Below the pieces are notes generated by a model, which saw only the letters and a program-made list of their open reading frames with translations, did no database searches and was not told where the DNA came from. Below, in pieces: positions 38,444 through 48,738 of a DNA stretch of 64,000 bases; position 1 is the stretch's first letter; each line of letters begins with the position of its first letter. The stretch is taken from the NCBI GenBank assembly GCA_965208125.1, contig OZ242320.1, positions 1,408,001 to 1,472,000 of the forward strand. The letters are read 5' to 3'. The position numbers and the translations under genes are program-made. The stretch comes from Candidatus Latescibacterota bacterium. Lineage in GTDB: Bacteria > Latescibacterota > UBA2968.

Positions 38444-41400
38444 TCACGACCCCAATCTTTCGCCCCCATTTCTTAGAGCCACTGGTTTTCCACCCACCGG
38501 TTTGCCAAATCCCTGTACAAAAATCAGAAAATCGCTGAACCCCACCATGCCATTGCCATCCAGATCGTATTTTTTTTCAAAACCCGCATCACCCTCCGAC
38601 AGACCAAACTTACCGGCAAAAAGCAAAAAATCTGTGAACCCTACCGCACCATCCCCATCAAAATCCAGATTTGCAACACCGATACCCGGCCTGATCAGTT
38701 TCACCTCTACGCTCTTGCCATCCTGACAGATAAACGCCACAACCGTCTGATCCTCGCCTCCATCTACAATCTCTGCCAGTTCATAGGACTGATCCAAACG
38801 CCATTTTCCGCGCACCGTCACCTCTACCTTCCGAGGCTCACTCGCCTGATTGACAATTAGCGACCCATCCTGCCGGTGCGGCGTCTGAATCTCCCAATTC
38901 CACCCAAAATCCGGATCAGCCACCGAAAGCAACAACCCATCACCTATCTCGCGGGACATCACCAAACTCGGCAAAGACACAGACTCAATCTGACCTTTCG
39001 TCGGCCTTGCATCCGCATCGAACAGCGCATAGCCCGTCGCCTTCATCCCTCGATGATGCACAATATGTGCCTCGCGATCTCGTTGCCACACATCGTATTC
39101 CGGTGAACTCGCAAACGCGCTTACCCTATCAGGCGACCTCTGAACCAGCACCGCATAGTGATATGACGCATCCTGAGGCATAGGACCGTGATCTACATAC
39201 GCCAATTCAAAAGTTCCTGTACCACCCTCTTCACCAAAATCTCCGGGGGCTTGCACCTGGCGCTGCACCCGTAGCCCTTCACCATCCGGAACCACATACC
39301 CATTGCCCAATGAATCCATCAGCCATGCCCTCTGCCCCTTTGTTCCCGCAAACGCATAAGGAATCGTCTGCACACGCTCCCCATTCACCCCCGTAGGCCG
39401 ATCCTCAGAAATAGCCGCCTGAAACAGAGGCGTCACCGTCGCATGCCCGCCATCATCATTCTCAATACCAGACCCCAGGCAAACAAGCACATCGTCAAAA
39501 CAAAACACCGTCTTAACCGCCCGAAAACTCGTATTGAATCTCGTATCGTGCAGCTTCAATGCAAACACACCGTCTTGCCCTTCAATATTCACCCCACCCA
39601 CAAAAGTCTCATCCGAAAAATTGCGGTCACGTCCCTCGTGTTTGAGCTGCTCATGGCTCAGGCGAATCACCGTCGTACCGGGCCACATACTCCAATCCCA
39701 CCCATCTCGCACAATCCCACTCGCCTCACGCGTGACCGGGTCGCCACTGCCGTAAATCAGCATCGAACCATAGCTCAGATAACGACCGAGTTGATTTTCC
39801 CCACCGGCTGACGATTCAAAATCCCACACGTACTTGCTCCACCCCTTCATACTCACCATCCAGTCCCCACGCCGATGTATGGACAGCGCGCCATAAGGCA
39901 ACGTCCAGTGCCCAGAAGGTGCAGCGATCGGCGGGTATCCCGCACTTGCAAAATCCATCATCATCTGCATCGCACCCGGCGTGTGCAAATACATAATCCG
40001 AGAAGCTACCTGTTCGAACAAACCCTCTATCAGCAACTGCGATTGAGGTCTCCAGAGTTGCATAAACGTACCCGCCAGTTCTGCATCCACCGAAGGAAAG
40101 CTCAAAGCCATATACATATACGCTGGCAAAAGACCATCGGTAACCGTTGTATTAAGCGGAAAGCGACCACCGATAGCTGTTGAAATATCATACGTATTCG
40201 TCATAACTTTGGCCGTCAACAGCGCCTGCTTCAAATTATCGCGCCTATCATCTGCAACCGCAAAAGGCGTATCGCGCAGCAAATACACCAGAATTGAAGC
40301 CACATGAAAAGCATGTGGCGCATACGCATTGGCGTAAATACCCCGATGGTGAAAACCCACAAAATCCGGCTTAATCGTATCCAACCACCCCGGCGCAATA
40401 TCCAGCGCATTATTCAACCACGCCACATAGCGATGCATATTCGCCACCTTCTCGGGCGTATCCTCCATCATCAAAATACACAACAACCGATACATCCCTA
40501 CCGAACGCAAAAAATCTGCATTCGTGCCCGGATCCCAGTCCTCTTCATATAACTCGCCAAACATGCTATACCATTTCAAACTCGCCAATTCCCGTTCCAG
40601 CCGCTCCGTATCCTCCAGAATATCCCGCATCAAATACACGGCATGGGCATAGCTCGCAATCCGCAAAAACTCGTGATGCAATGCGCCAACACCACTGCCA
40701 TCTGCCCATCCTTGATCGTGCAAATAATCGAAAACATCTATCACCCGATCACGCGCCTCATCATTCCCATTCAACCGATAATCCAGCACCAGACGCAACA
40801 AAACATTTTGAAAAACACTCTGAAAATAGGGCCTGTAGGATGATCGAGCCGCAAACAGGGGTTTACCCAGAATGAGGTCATCTTCCCGCCGAATCTCGTA
40901 ATTTGCGAGATTGCTATGCCCACGCCTTATATAGGCTGTAAGTTCATTGAGCCGAATCCTCACAGGCTCCCGCTGATCATTCTTCACCCCATCACCTATC
41001 ACCCACGCCTCATACCGCGCCGCAATCGTCTCAAGAGCCAGCCTCTCATCATCGGTAATCTGCGAAGGAAGCGGACCCGGCAATCTATTCAGACTCCATC
41101 TGTATTCGCGGGTTCTCTCGCCACTTGTATTTATACCTCCATTCACAAATGGAACCTGTGCATCGGGAGATCGCCTGGAGTCAATCCTTTCCAATAACTC
41201 CATCAAATCCAGATACACAGTCCCGCTATTTGGCGCACGGATATCAAACGCCGTCACCCGTCCATTTCTCGGACCCGTATAAGAATTATTCCGCGCATCC
41301 TCTTGCAAATTGATCCACATCGCCCGCCAGCCTGTAAAATTCAAGCCAAACTCAAATTGATAACGCGGATTATTTGCTGCCAATTCAGATCCCGTACCAA

Positions 41401-41716
41401 ACCCAAATGTCAGCACCTCATTGAGCGCCTCCTCGTTGTACACCCACGCCCGAAACCCGTTCAGTACCTCGCTGCGGCCCAGCGTGGGATCCGTGAACAA
41501 AAGCCGCCCGTTATTCTGCCATGTCCATTTGAGAGATTGTGCTCCCCATTTGTAACGCCTCGTCGAAAGCGACACCTCGCTACCTTCATCTGCCTGAAAG
41601 GCTTCTGACATCTCCTCAAAATCATAGTGCCATGGTGTATTCTGTGCCATCGCCGCATTGACCATGCCTATCGCACCCCCTGCAAAAATAATTACCCATC
41701 TCCGCAAGTCCATCAC
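38444..41716 (-). CDS. Secreted polysaccharide lyase family 8 (chondroitinase ABC-like) with C-terminal EF-hand/dockerin-like tag
   Basis: SLKW.W, LNFTGWRA.W, DQGWADGS, IKPD..GFHH...Y..AY, GRYLSYG, GWDW..WPGTT, FVGG, K.VF.FDD..VCLGS.I; tail DFDGDG.VGF.DFL.F twice. Confidence 0.9.
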   Translation of the reverse strand: MMDLRRWVIIFAGGAIGMVNAAMAQNTPWHYDFEEMSEAFQADEGSEVSLSTRRYKWGAQSLKWTWQNNGRLLFTDPTLGRSEVLNGFRAWVYNEEALNEVLTFGFGTGSELAANNPRYQFEFGLNFTGWRAMWINLQEDARNNSYTGPRNGRVTAFDIRAPNSGTVYLDLMELLERIDSRRSPDAQVPFVNGGINTSGERTREYRWSLNRLPGPLPSQITDDERLALETIAARYEAWVIGDGVKNDQREPVRIRLNELTAYIRRGHSNLANYEIRREDDLILGKPLFAARSSYRPYFQSVFQNVLLRLVLDYRLNGNDEARDRVIDVFDYLHDQGWADGSGVGALHHEFLRIASYAHAVYLMRDILEDTERLERELASLKWYSMFGELYEEDWDPGTNADFLRSVGMYRLLCILMMEDTPEKVANMHRYVAWLNNALDIAPGWLDTIKPDFVGFHHRGIYANAYAPHAFHVASILVYLLRDTPFAVADDRRDNLKQALLTAKVMTNTYDISTAIGGRFPLNTTVTDGLLPAYMYMALSFPSVDAELAGTFMQLWRPQSQLLIEGLFEQVASRIMYLHTPGAMQMMMDFASAGYPPIAAPSGHWTLPYGALSIHRRGDWMVSMKGWSKYVWDFESSAGGENQLGRYLSYGSMLIYGSGDPVTREASGIVRDGWDWSMWPGTTVIRLSHEQLKHEGRDRNFSDETFVGGVNIEGQDGVFALKLHDTRFNTSFRAVKTVFCFDDVLVCLGSGIENDDGGHATVTPLFQAAISEDRPTGVNGERVQTIPYAFAGTKGQRAWLMDSLGNGYVVPDGEGLRVQRQVQAPGDFGEEGGTGTFELAYVDHGPMPQDASYHYAVLVQRSPDRVSAFASSPEYDVWQRDREAHIVHHRGMKATGYALFDADARPTKGQIESVSLPSLVMSREIGDGLLLSVADPDFGWNWEIQTPHRQDGSLIVNQASEPRKVEVTVRGKWRLDQSYELAEIVDGGEDQTVVAFICQDGKSVEVKLIRPGIGVANLDFDGDGAVGFTDFLLFAGKFGLSEGDAGFEKKYDLDGNGMVGFSDFLIFVQGFGKPVGGKPVALRNGGERLGS

Positions 41717-41736
41717 AAGCCCCTTTGCACTTTCAT

Positions 41737-43422
41737 TTATGCGCGGAACAACTCGCCCATGCGCCTGCCTAAAAATCGCCCGGCCAAAAACAGACTCACA
41801 ATCAGCAACACCATACCAAAAACACCCATTGCACTGGCCAAATACGCGCCATCTGCAATGCGCCCCATAAGCGCGTAAATCGCTTTTGTGATGGGATAGT
41901 ACTCGTCCTTAAGTGCCAAAATCAAACTATCGCTCACCTCGAGCATTGCAAATGCAAAACACAAAATACCACCAGCCACCAGATTGGCTAAAATCAGCGG
42001 AAATGTAATCTGAAAAAGCGTGCGCAACCGGGACGCCCCCAAATTCTGAGCCGCCTCTTCCAGCGTCACACTCGTCTGCTGAAATCCCGCATACGCCGCG
42101 CGCACCATATAGGGCAACCGCCGCACAGCATAAGCAATAACCAGCAGTGGCACGGGATAGTGTCGCGCATCCAAAAAAGTGCCCGAATACCCTGCCAGAT
42201 ACCCAAAAGCCAGCACCAGACCGGGCAGGGCTAAGGGCAACATCGCCATCGCATCTAAAACGCCCTTATACGGAATGCGCGTACGCGTCAACAAATACGC
42301 AATAGCAATCCCCAACCCAATATCCAGCGTCGTACTCAACACACTCAATATCAAACTCATCTCAATACTGGACAGAGACATCGGATGTTCAAAAACCATC
42401 GCATAAAATCGCCCGGTCGTCTCCTGGGGTAGCACAGCCATAAACCAGCGCTCGGCAATAGACGTCAAAAACACACTCATATGCGGAATCAGAGCAATGC
42501 CCGTAAGCGACAGCATCGCGGCGTAAATCAACACCGTCATCCCGCGAGAAGCGGGGCGCGATCCCGAACTGATATACCCTCGCGCAATCATCTCATAGCG
42601 GCGATTGCCCAGCGTCGCCTTTGACAGATAAAAGAAAAAAACCGTCAACAGCAACACAAAGACAACGAGCGCGTAAGCCATCGGATTTTCGTTAATATCC
42701 TCAATAGAATTAAAAATCTCGACCGCCACGACCTGCCGATAATTAAAAATAAGCGGCGTCCCCAAATCGGTAAACGCCCAGATAAAAACAATAATCGCCC
42801 CGGCAAAATAGCCCGGCAACATCAGCGGAAATGTCACCGTGCGAAAAAGGCGAAACCCGCTACTGCCCATATTGCGCGCCGCCTCTTCCAAACTCGGATC
42901 GACATTGGCCAGAGCAGCGGCCACATTGAGATACATAATGGGATAAAGATGCAGCACCTCTAAAATTACCACACCTACAAAACCACCGCCGCCAAACCAA
43001 TCTACTGGCTGATCGATAAGCCCCAAATCCAGAAGCAGCAAATTGATAGAACCAAAACGCGCAAACATCTGCTTCATGCCAATAGCCCCTACAAACGGGG
43101 GCAAAACCATAGGCACCAGAATCAAACCATTGAGAAACCCTTTGCCCGCAAAATTGTATCGCACCAGCAAAAATGCCAGAGGCAAGCTGAGCAACGTAGT
43201 CGCAATAGTCGTAATCATCCCCAGCCGAAAACTATTGAGAATAGATTCCTGATAGACCGGACTCGTCACCATCAACTCGTAAAACGCAAACGTGAACCTG
43301 CCATCCACCACCAGCGACTGCACAAAAGCATACCACAGAGGATAAAACAAAAAAAAGGCAAAAAAGCCCATCAATCCCACCAGGAAAATGAGCGTGGGCC
43401 AATTGAGATCAAACCGCTTCAT
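41737..43422 (-). CDS. ABC transporter permease (FbpB/ThiP-type, two domains)
   Basis: Two EAA motifs (LEEAARNMG, LEEAAQNLG); many TM segments. Confidence 0.93.
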   Translation of the reverse strand: MKRFDLNWPTLIFLVGLMGFFAFFLFYPLWYAFVQSLVVDGRFTFAFYELMVTSPVYQESILNSFRLGMITTIATTLLSLPLAFLLVRYNFAGKGFLNGLILVPMVLPPFVGAIGMKQMFARFGSINLLLLDLGLIDQPVDWFGGGGFVGVVILEVLHLYPIMYLNVAAALANVDPSLEEAARNMGSSGFRLFRTVTFPLMLPGYFAGAIIVFIWAFTDLGTPLIFNYRQVVAVEIFNSIEDINENPMAYALVVFVLLLTVFFFYLSKATLGNRRYEMIARGYISSGSRPASRGMTVLIYAAMLSLTGIALIPHMSVFLTSIAERWFMAVLPQETTGRFYAMVFEHPMSLSSIEMSLILSVLSTTLDIGLGIAIAYLLTRTRIPYKGVLDAMAMLPLALPGLVLAFGYLAGYSGTFLDARHYPVPLLVIAYAVRRLPYMVRAAYAGFQQTSVTLEEAAQNLGASRLRTLFQITFPLILANLVAGGILCFAFAMLEVSDSLILALKDEYYPITKAIYALMGRIADGAYLASAMGVFGMVLLIVSLFLAGRFLGRRMGELFRA

Positions 43423-44500
43423 CGCGGTCCTCCGCTTCATCGCGCAATATAACCACTTGCGAAAACCCTATTTGCACCTCATCGCCGGGCTGTACGTGCT
43501 GCATGGTCGCGCCGTACTTAATCAGTTTGACCTGATCCCCACTTGCCAATTCAACAAAAAATTGCTCGACTTCGCCCAGATAAATCGCACGCCGCACCTG
43601 CCCAGAAATGACATTATCTACCGCCCCAGATTCATCTAAAAGAAAATCTATTGCCTCGGGTCGAATCGCGCACAACACCTGATCCCCCACCTCAATACCT
43701 TCATATCCCGCCCGCCCGCGAATATCTCCCACATCTGTTGCAGCAACCAATCCGGATGCCACAGATTTTATCTCCCCGGAAATCAAATTGATCTCGCCAA
43801 TAAAATCCGCGACAAAGCGCGTGAGCGGTTGCCTGTAAACATTCCGTGGCGTACCGATTTGCGCCACCTTGCCCATCTGCATAACCGCAATGCGCTCGCC
43901 CATAGCCAGCGCTTCTTTTTGATCGTGTGTCACATAAATCATCGTAACATCCAGAGTCCGCTGTAAATCCTGTAACTGCTCGCGCATTTCCAACCGCAAT
44001 CGCGCATCCAAATTGGAAAGCGGCTCGTCCAACAACACAACATCCGGTTCTATGACCAGTGCCCGCGCCAGTGCCACGCGCTGTTGCTGCCCCCCCGAAA
44101 GCTGATTGGGCGACCGCTCGGCATAACCGCTCATCTGAACCATTTCCAGAGCGCGCTTCACTTTTTGGTCGCGCTCGTGCTGTGGCATATTGCGCATCGT
44201 AAGGCCGTATTCCACATTTTTCCAAACCGTCATGTGAGGCCACAAGGCATAATTCTGAAACACCATGCCCGTATTGCGCTCGTGCGGAGGCACAGCAGTC
44301 ACATCGCGTTCACCAAAAAGCACTCGGCCCCTCTCGGGCTGCTCAAAACCCGCCAAAATGCGCAGCAATGTGGTTTTGCCACAACCAGAGGGACCCAACA
44401 AAAAAAAGAACTCCCCCGCGTCAATTTCCAGATTGATGCGATCCAATGCCAGAACATTATCAAAACGCTTGGTCACATTTTCCAGCTTAATTCCGAACAT
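43409..44500 (-). CDS. ABC transporter ATP-binding protein (PotA/FbpC-type)
   Basis: GPSGCGKTT, LSGGQQQR, LLDEP, VTHDQ; TOBE-like tail. Confidence 0.96.
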   Translation of the reverse strand: MFGIKLENVTKRFDNVLALDRINLEIDAGEFFFLLGPSGCGKTTLLRILAGFEQPERGRVLFGERDVTAVPPHERNTGMVFQNYALWPHMTVWKNVEYGLTMRNMPQHERDQKVKRALEMVQMSGYAERSPNQLSGGQQQRVALARALVIEPDVVLLDEPLSNLDARLRLEMREQLQDLQRTLDVTMIYVTHDQKEALAMGERIAVMQMGKVAQIGTPRNVYRQPLTRFVADFIGEINLISGEIKSVASGLVAATDVGDIRGRAGYEGIEVGDQVLCAIRPEAIDFLLDESGAVDNVISGQVRRAIYLGEVEQFFVELASGDQVKLIKYGATMQHVQPGDEVQIGFSQVVILRDEAEDRDEAV

Positions 44501-44512
44501 GTCGCACCCTTT

Positions 44513-45916
44513 TTAATTCCTGCGCAAACGCCATAAATAAGCCACCACACAGCCGGCAATGCCCATAGGGAAAAACAGAGTAATCGCATTGGTGATACGC
44601 ACAGACAAAGGCACGTTGTGAGCACCGTATTTGTCGCGCACAAAATCCGTCCAATCAGCCATTGTCCGATTGCGCATCTCGGCATCTCCCCATGACTGCT
44701 CCAACTTCAGTGCTTCAGCCTCTGAAATGGGAACAGATGACAGCGTCTTGCGTTCTTCTTCTGACACGCCATCTGTCATCGCGTCCTTCCAGGCAGCTTG
44801 CAATGCCCGATGTGAGTCAATGACCATCACGCCAATCAAATCGTTCAACACGCGCCATCGCCCACTGCCTAATTCAGCATTGTATATCAAATCGGAACGC
44901 CATTCAAAGGGATTTAAAGTCACCGCAGCATCACTTTGATAGTGCGTGTACAGATCCGGCAATACGGTAAATCGATTCAACTGCTTTGCGACAGGACCGC
45001 CCGGCACGCCCTTTTTCAAAAACCATAGCTTTTGCCCCGCATTGGACATCACAAATTCCAAAAATACCTGCGCCACCTCCAGATTTGGCGCACCCTTTAA
45101 TATGGCGATACCATCGGGATTGACAATGGTCAAATTGTCGGGCATCACAAAGCCCACGTAGGCATCGCCTACTTCTGCGACTTGTGCCCATGCATAAAAG
45201 TCGATGGACAAACCATAAGCCACTTCGCCCATAGCAACTTCCCTGGGCGCATAAGAGCCACCTTGGCCAAAATTTCGCACATTGGCCCCCATTGTGGTAA
45301 TCACTTCCCATCCTCTTTCCCAGCCATAAGCCTGCAAAATCAATTCATAAGCCATGTGCACGCTGCCACTCTTGCGCGGATCACCCGAACCAACCCACGA
45401 GAACAATTCCGGCGCGCCCAAATCCGCCCAGGTTTGGGGGATAGGCAAATTCAAAATTTCGAGTACGCGCCGATTATACACAATGCCAAAACCGGACAGC
45501 GTTGCACCATACCATTGATAGGCCGAATCGTAAAGCGGAACCCCCCCAATCTGCGCGGGCAATCGATTGAGTGCGGCATCGGACAATCGATAGGGTTGAC
45601 ACAGTCCCCGCTCAGACAAATCCACATAAGGCGTGGTGCCCCCACCAAAAAAGATATCGATGCCAATGCCCTCTGGCGACCGCCCAAATTCCGATTTGAT
45701 ATAACGCAAAATTGCACTCGTACCCGCACCGATATCGAGCCATTCTACCCGCACATCTCGCCCTGTAGTCTTTTGATAAAAAGTCACAAAAGCCAACTCA
45801 AATTCATTTTGGATCTCATCTGAATGCGGCGACATCAGCACCAATTGATCAGCATCGCCTGGCAAAACCAGCAACCCGATAAGAACAAAACAAAAAATGG
45901 CATTGCAATATTTCAT
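44513..45916 (-). CDS. ABC solute-binding protein (Fe3+/thiamine-like cluster) with C-terminal TM segment
   Basis: SPH, DIFFGGG, GIVYN, P.TW.DL, DP.KSGS, NPD.IAILKGAPN; tail ITLFFPMGIAGCVVAYLWRLRRN. Confidence 0.88.
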   Translation of the reverse strand: MKYCNAIFCFVLIGLLVLPGDADQLVLMSPHSDEIQNEFELAFVTFYQKTTGRDVRVEWLDIGAGTSAILRYIKSEFGRSPEGIGIDIFFGGGTTPYVDLSERGLCQPYRLSDAALNRLPAQIGGVPLYDSAYQWYGATLSGFGIVYNRRVLEILNLPIPQTWADLGAPELFSWVGSGDPRKSGSVHMAYELILQAYGWERGWEVITTMGANVRNFGQGGSYAPREVAMGEVAYGLSIDFYAWAQVAEVGDAYVGFVMPDNLTIVNPDGIAILKGAPNLEVAQVFLEFVMSNAGQKLWFLKKGVPGGPVAKQLNRFTVLPDLYTHYQSDAAVTLNPFEWRSDLIYNAELGSGRWRVLNDLIGVMVIDSHRALQAAWKDAMTDGVSEEERKTLSSVPISEAEALKLEQSWGDAEMRNRTMADWTDFVRDKYGAHNVPLSVRITNAITLFFPMGIAGCVVAYLWRLRRN

Positions 45917-45989
45917 AACCGTTGACCCCTCATGTTTAGCATAAAAGTATATAGTATGTGCCTTCTGGTGTGTCAACGTCTTTTTAAAT

Positions 45990-46019
45990 AAAAAAAGCAC
46001 TCTAAATATAGAGTGCTTT
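45990..46019 (-). terminator. Intrinsic terminator
   Basis: GCACTCTA/TAGAGTGC stem with U7 on the minus strand. Confidence 0.8.
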
Positions 46020-46080
46020 GCTTGCAGACCTATTTCCGCTCGTCCTTAAAATCTGTGTCCTCTGGCGATGGAATAAACAG

Positions 46081-47286
46081 TTAATCAGACGTTTCAATAC
46101 GCCCAATTCGATTCCCCTCTGAATCGACAATCCAGACAACACCTCTGGAATCAACGCGCAAGTTTGTGACCTCAACATCATCGTCGGAAATCTCATAGAG
46201 CGTAAACGTTGTATCTTGCAAACTAAAACTGGTCAGCCATCCCGACGATTGTCCACCGACCCACACGCGATCATTCGAATCGACCTGCAAAGCATAAGGA
46301 GACCTCATCTCTTCGGGAAACCGGAAATAGCGCGTTTGTCGGGTTACAAAATCAAACATGCCCAGCCTTGTCGAATCCGTATCTGTAAACCACACCTTCC
46401 CCACTGAATCCAATCCCATTTGTCCAATTGTAAGACTATCATTTGAAACCGAAAAGGTCGTAATCTCTTCGGTATCGGGATCGAGCGTACCCAACAGGCT
46501 TTGCCCGCGATCGACGAACCAGACCTGCCCACTATCATCTATCTGAAGCGAACCAAGCGCGACATCTTGCTCACCAGTTGAATCTTGTTCACCAATTGAA
46601 AATTCTGTTATCGTTTCGGTGGTAGGATCCAACCGGGCAATGCGATCGGCTGCACTCTCGATAAACCAGAGATCTCCTTGATCGTCAAATTTCAAACTCA
46701 CTGGCCGACTGCCCGGAGTCGGAATAGTAAACTCCTGGATATCCCCGGAGAAAGGAGCCAGCACACCAATTCGATTGGCGGCAATTTCAGTAAACCAGAC
46801 GTGTCCCTGACTATCGAGGGTAATACTGTGTGGTTGCGCACCCGTCGTGGTTAAAGAAAACCTGAGAATCATATCTGTGCGCGGCTCTAATCGACCAATT
46901 GCATTGGCCCCCACCTCTGTAAACCATATATACCCTCGTGAGTCAATCGCCAGATCATGTGGCCGGCTATTCGTCAAAAGCTCAAAAAATTCGATCTGAG
47001 CAGAAGCTACTTGCTCCTCGGCCTCCTCGGTAATCGGCACGACGACTTCAGAGGTATCTCTCTGATTGTAAGCACCAGCGAAAATAATGAGATCTTGAAA
47101 ATTAATCACGCCATCTGGGTGCAAATCATACCGCGCTTGATTTGTCCCAAATGCTTCGGTCAGAGCCGCGAGATCTTGCTCATCAACGACGCCATTATCG
47201 TCAAAATCAATATCGATATCTGATTGCGCGTATCCCGAAAGGGGAAAAAGCACAACCAGCACCATAAAGAAAACGTTTCGATACAT
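46081..47286 (-). CDS. Secreted Vgb-like (virginiamycin B lyase fold) beta-propeller with N-terminal EF-hand/dockerin-like tag
   Basis: Seven D..G.VWF.E...N.IG.L.P repeats; DFDDNGVVD..D and YDLHPDGVINFQDL. Confidence 0.85.
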   Translation of the reverse strand: MYRNVFFMVLVVLFPLSGYAQSDIDIDFDDNGVVDEQDLAALTEAFGTNQARYDLHPDGVINFQDLIIFAGAYNQRDTSEVVVPITEEAEEQVASAQIEFFELLTNSRPHDLAIDSRGYIWFTEVGANAIGRLEPRTDMILRFSLTTTGAQPHSITLDSQGHVWFTEIAANRIGVLAPFSGDIQEFTIPTPGSRPVSLKFDDQGDLWFIESAADRIARLDPTTETITEFSIGEQDSTGEQDVALGSLQIDDSGQVWFVDRGQSLLGTLDPDTEEITTFSVSNDSLTIGQMGLDSVGKVWFTDTDSTRLGMFDFVTRQTRYFRFPEEMRSPYALQVDSNDRVWVGGQSSGWLTSFSLQDTTFTLYEISDDDVEVTNLRVDSRGVVWIVDSEGNRIGRIETSD

Positions 47287-47419
47287 TGAGCCTCCACCGA
47301 CAACTAAATACTCTCCCAAAAAATATATCTATACTAATACGCGCTATTTGTCAAGTATTTTCTACAATTTCAAGTGGTATAAATGCTTTATTATACAATA
47401 TATAGACACGTTTTTTAAT

Positions 47420-48718
47420 TTAGGTCATCTCTTTTAGCAGATTGATCGTCGTTATTTTAATCATATCTTCACACTCCGCACCTATCATCAATGTTCCATA
47501 ATACTTAAACGCTTGTTCGACTTCGTATCCACCAACGGGATAGGCATCCGCAGTCGGAACATATCCAATACACCCATTGGTATATCCCAGTGCGATAGTT
47601 CGATCAAAAGGCGAAGCATCATCTAAAAACAACTGGTAATCGACAAACATCTCCCCCGGGTATCCCACCACTGCCAAATTGCCAATATGCATGGTCTGAA
47701 TCTCAAACGACTCCGTTGGGCTTCCGCTTCTTCTCGCAGCCTGCACATAATCTTTTGCCCACCCGACCATCCCTTCGAATTGTTGGCGGCGTCGGTAGGG
47801 CGTTATATTTTTATCTTCTCGCACGCGTTGCAAATTCGCTGTGGCATCTGCAAGTGCTTTCTCTGCCTCATCGACATCGGGTACCATAAGAGGCAACTCG
47901 ACAACCCGATTATTCACCTCCAAAGCATCGCCTTCTAACATCTCGGCATGCAATGCAGCCGTCACCGTTGCCGCGCCCAGGCGCGTGCCCAACAACTCGC
48001 ACCCCTCAAACTTCCCGTCCTTTGGCGCACAGTTAATATCCCCACAGCAACCCTGTAAAAACAGAGGCATCGCCAAATTATCCCTCACAAATTGCGCGGC
48101 ATATCCCGGAAACTCTGCACTGATCGACAGCGCATTTAAATTCACGGGATGCGCCGCAGTCGCAAATACAACAGCCACAGGTACACCGCCTGCTGTATCC
48201 ACGCGCACCACATCAACCCATGGTGCTTCGGGACCTTTGGGATGATGGCCCAGCACAATGCGTCCATCGCGCATCTCCCTGCGGTTATGTGCAATACGCA
48301 CGGGTGCTCGCCCATGCAAAAGCGATGCGGGTATCAATCCTTCTACCGCCATTTTAATTGCCCCAACAACCTTGCGACACAACACATCTTCATAAGCTGC
48401 ATCGCGGTCGCCCATACATCGGAAAGCCATCACAGAGGGTCCCGAATGGGAATGAGACCCATTGAGCAAAATATGTCCCCCGGGAATCCCGACCGAATGC
48501 TCGACTATCTCCCGGATCCGATTGACCAGATCCGGTGCAAAACTAATCACATCAGCCCCCACAATTGCGACCTGCGTCTTGCCGTCATCCAGCACCAGTA
48601 CCCTGGCGTACAACTCGTCGTGTATCGCCTCGGATGGCCCTTCGCGCGCGGCAAATCCGCACATCGAAACGCCCACCGGCGGCGTGATATTCACCTCTGA
48701 AATCCCTGCTTTTATCAT
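47420..48718 (-). CDS. Neutral/alkaline ceramidase-like amidohydrolase
   Basis: NITPP, IHDELYAR, SHSHSGP, NRR, AHP, QGCCGDIN, PGE, GGYE. Confidence 0.87.
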   Translation of the reverse strand: MIKAGISEVNITPPVGVSMCGFAAREGPSEAIHDELYARVLVLDDGKTQVAIVGADVISFAPDLVNRIREIVEHSVGIPGGHILLNGSHSHSGPSVMAFRCMGDRDAAYEDVLCRKVVGAIKMAVEGLIPASLLHGRAPVRIAHNRREMRDGRIVLGHHPKGPEAPWVDVVRVDTAGGVPVAVVFATAAHPVNLNALSISAEFPGYAAQFVRDNLAMPLFLQGCCGDINCAPKDGKFEGCELLGTRLGAATVTAALHAEMLEGDALEVNNRVVELPLMVPDVDEAEKALADATANLQRVREDKNITPYRRRQQFEGMVGWAKDYVQAARRSGSPTESFEIQTMHIGNLAVVGYPGEMFVDYQLFLDDASPFDRTIALGYTNGCIGYVPTADAYPVGGYEVEQAFKYYGTLMIGAECEDMIKITTINLLKEMT

Positions 48719-48738
48719 GTTATACTCCTTTCACACGC

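Noticed and set aside
46081-47286. Vgb-like protein as a streptogramin resistance gene
   Set aside because: It is secreted and carries an extra tag; the propeller fold is widespread and resistance cannot be inferred.
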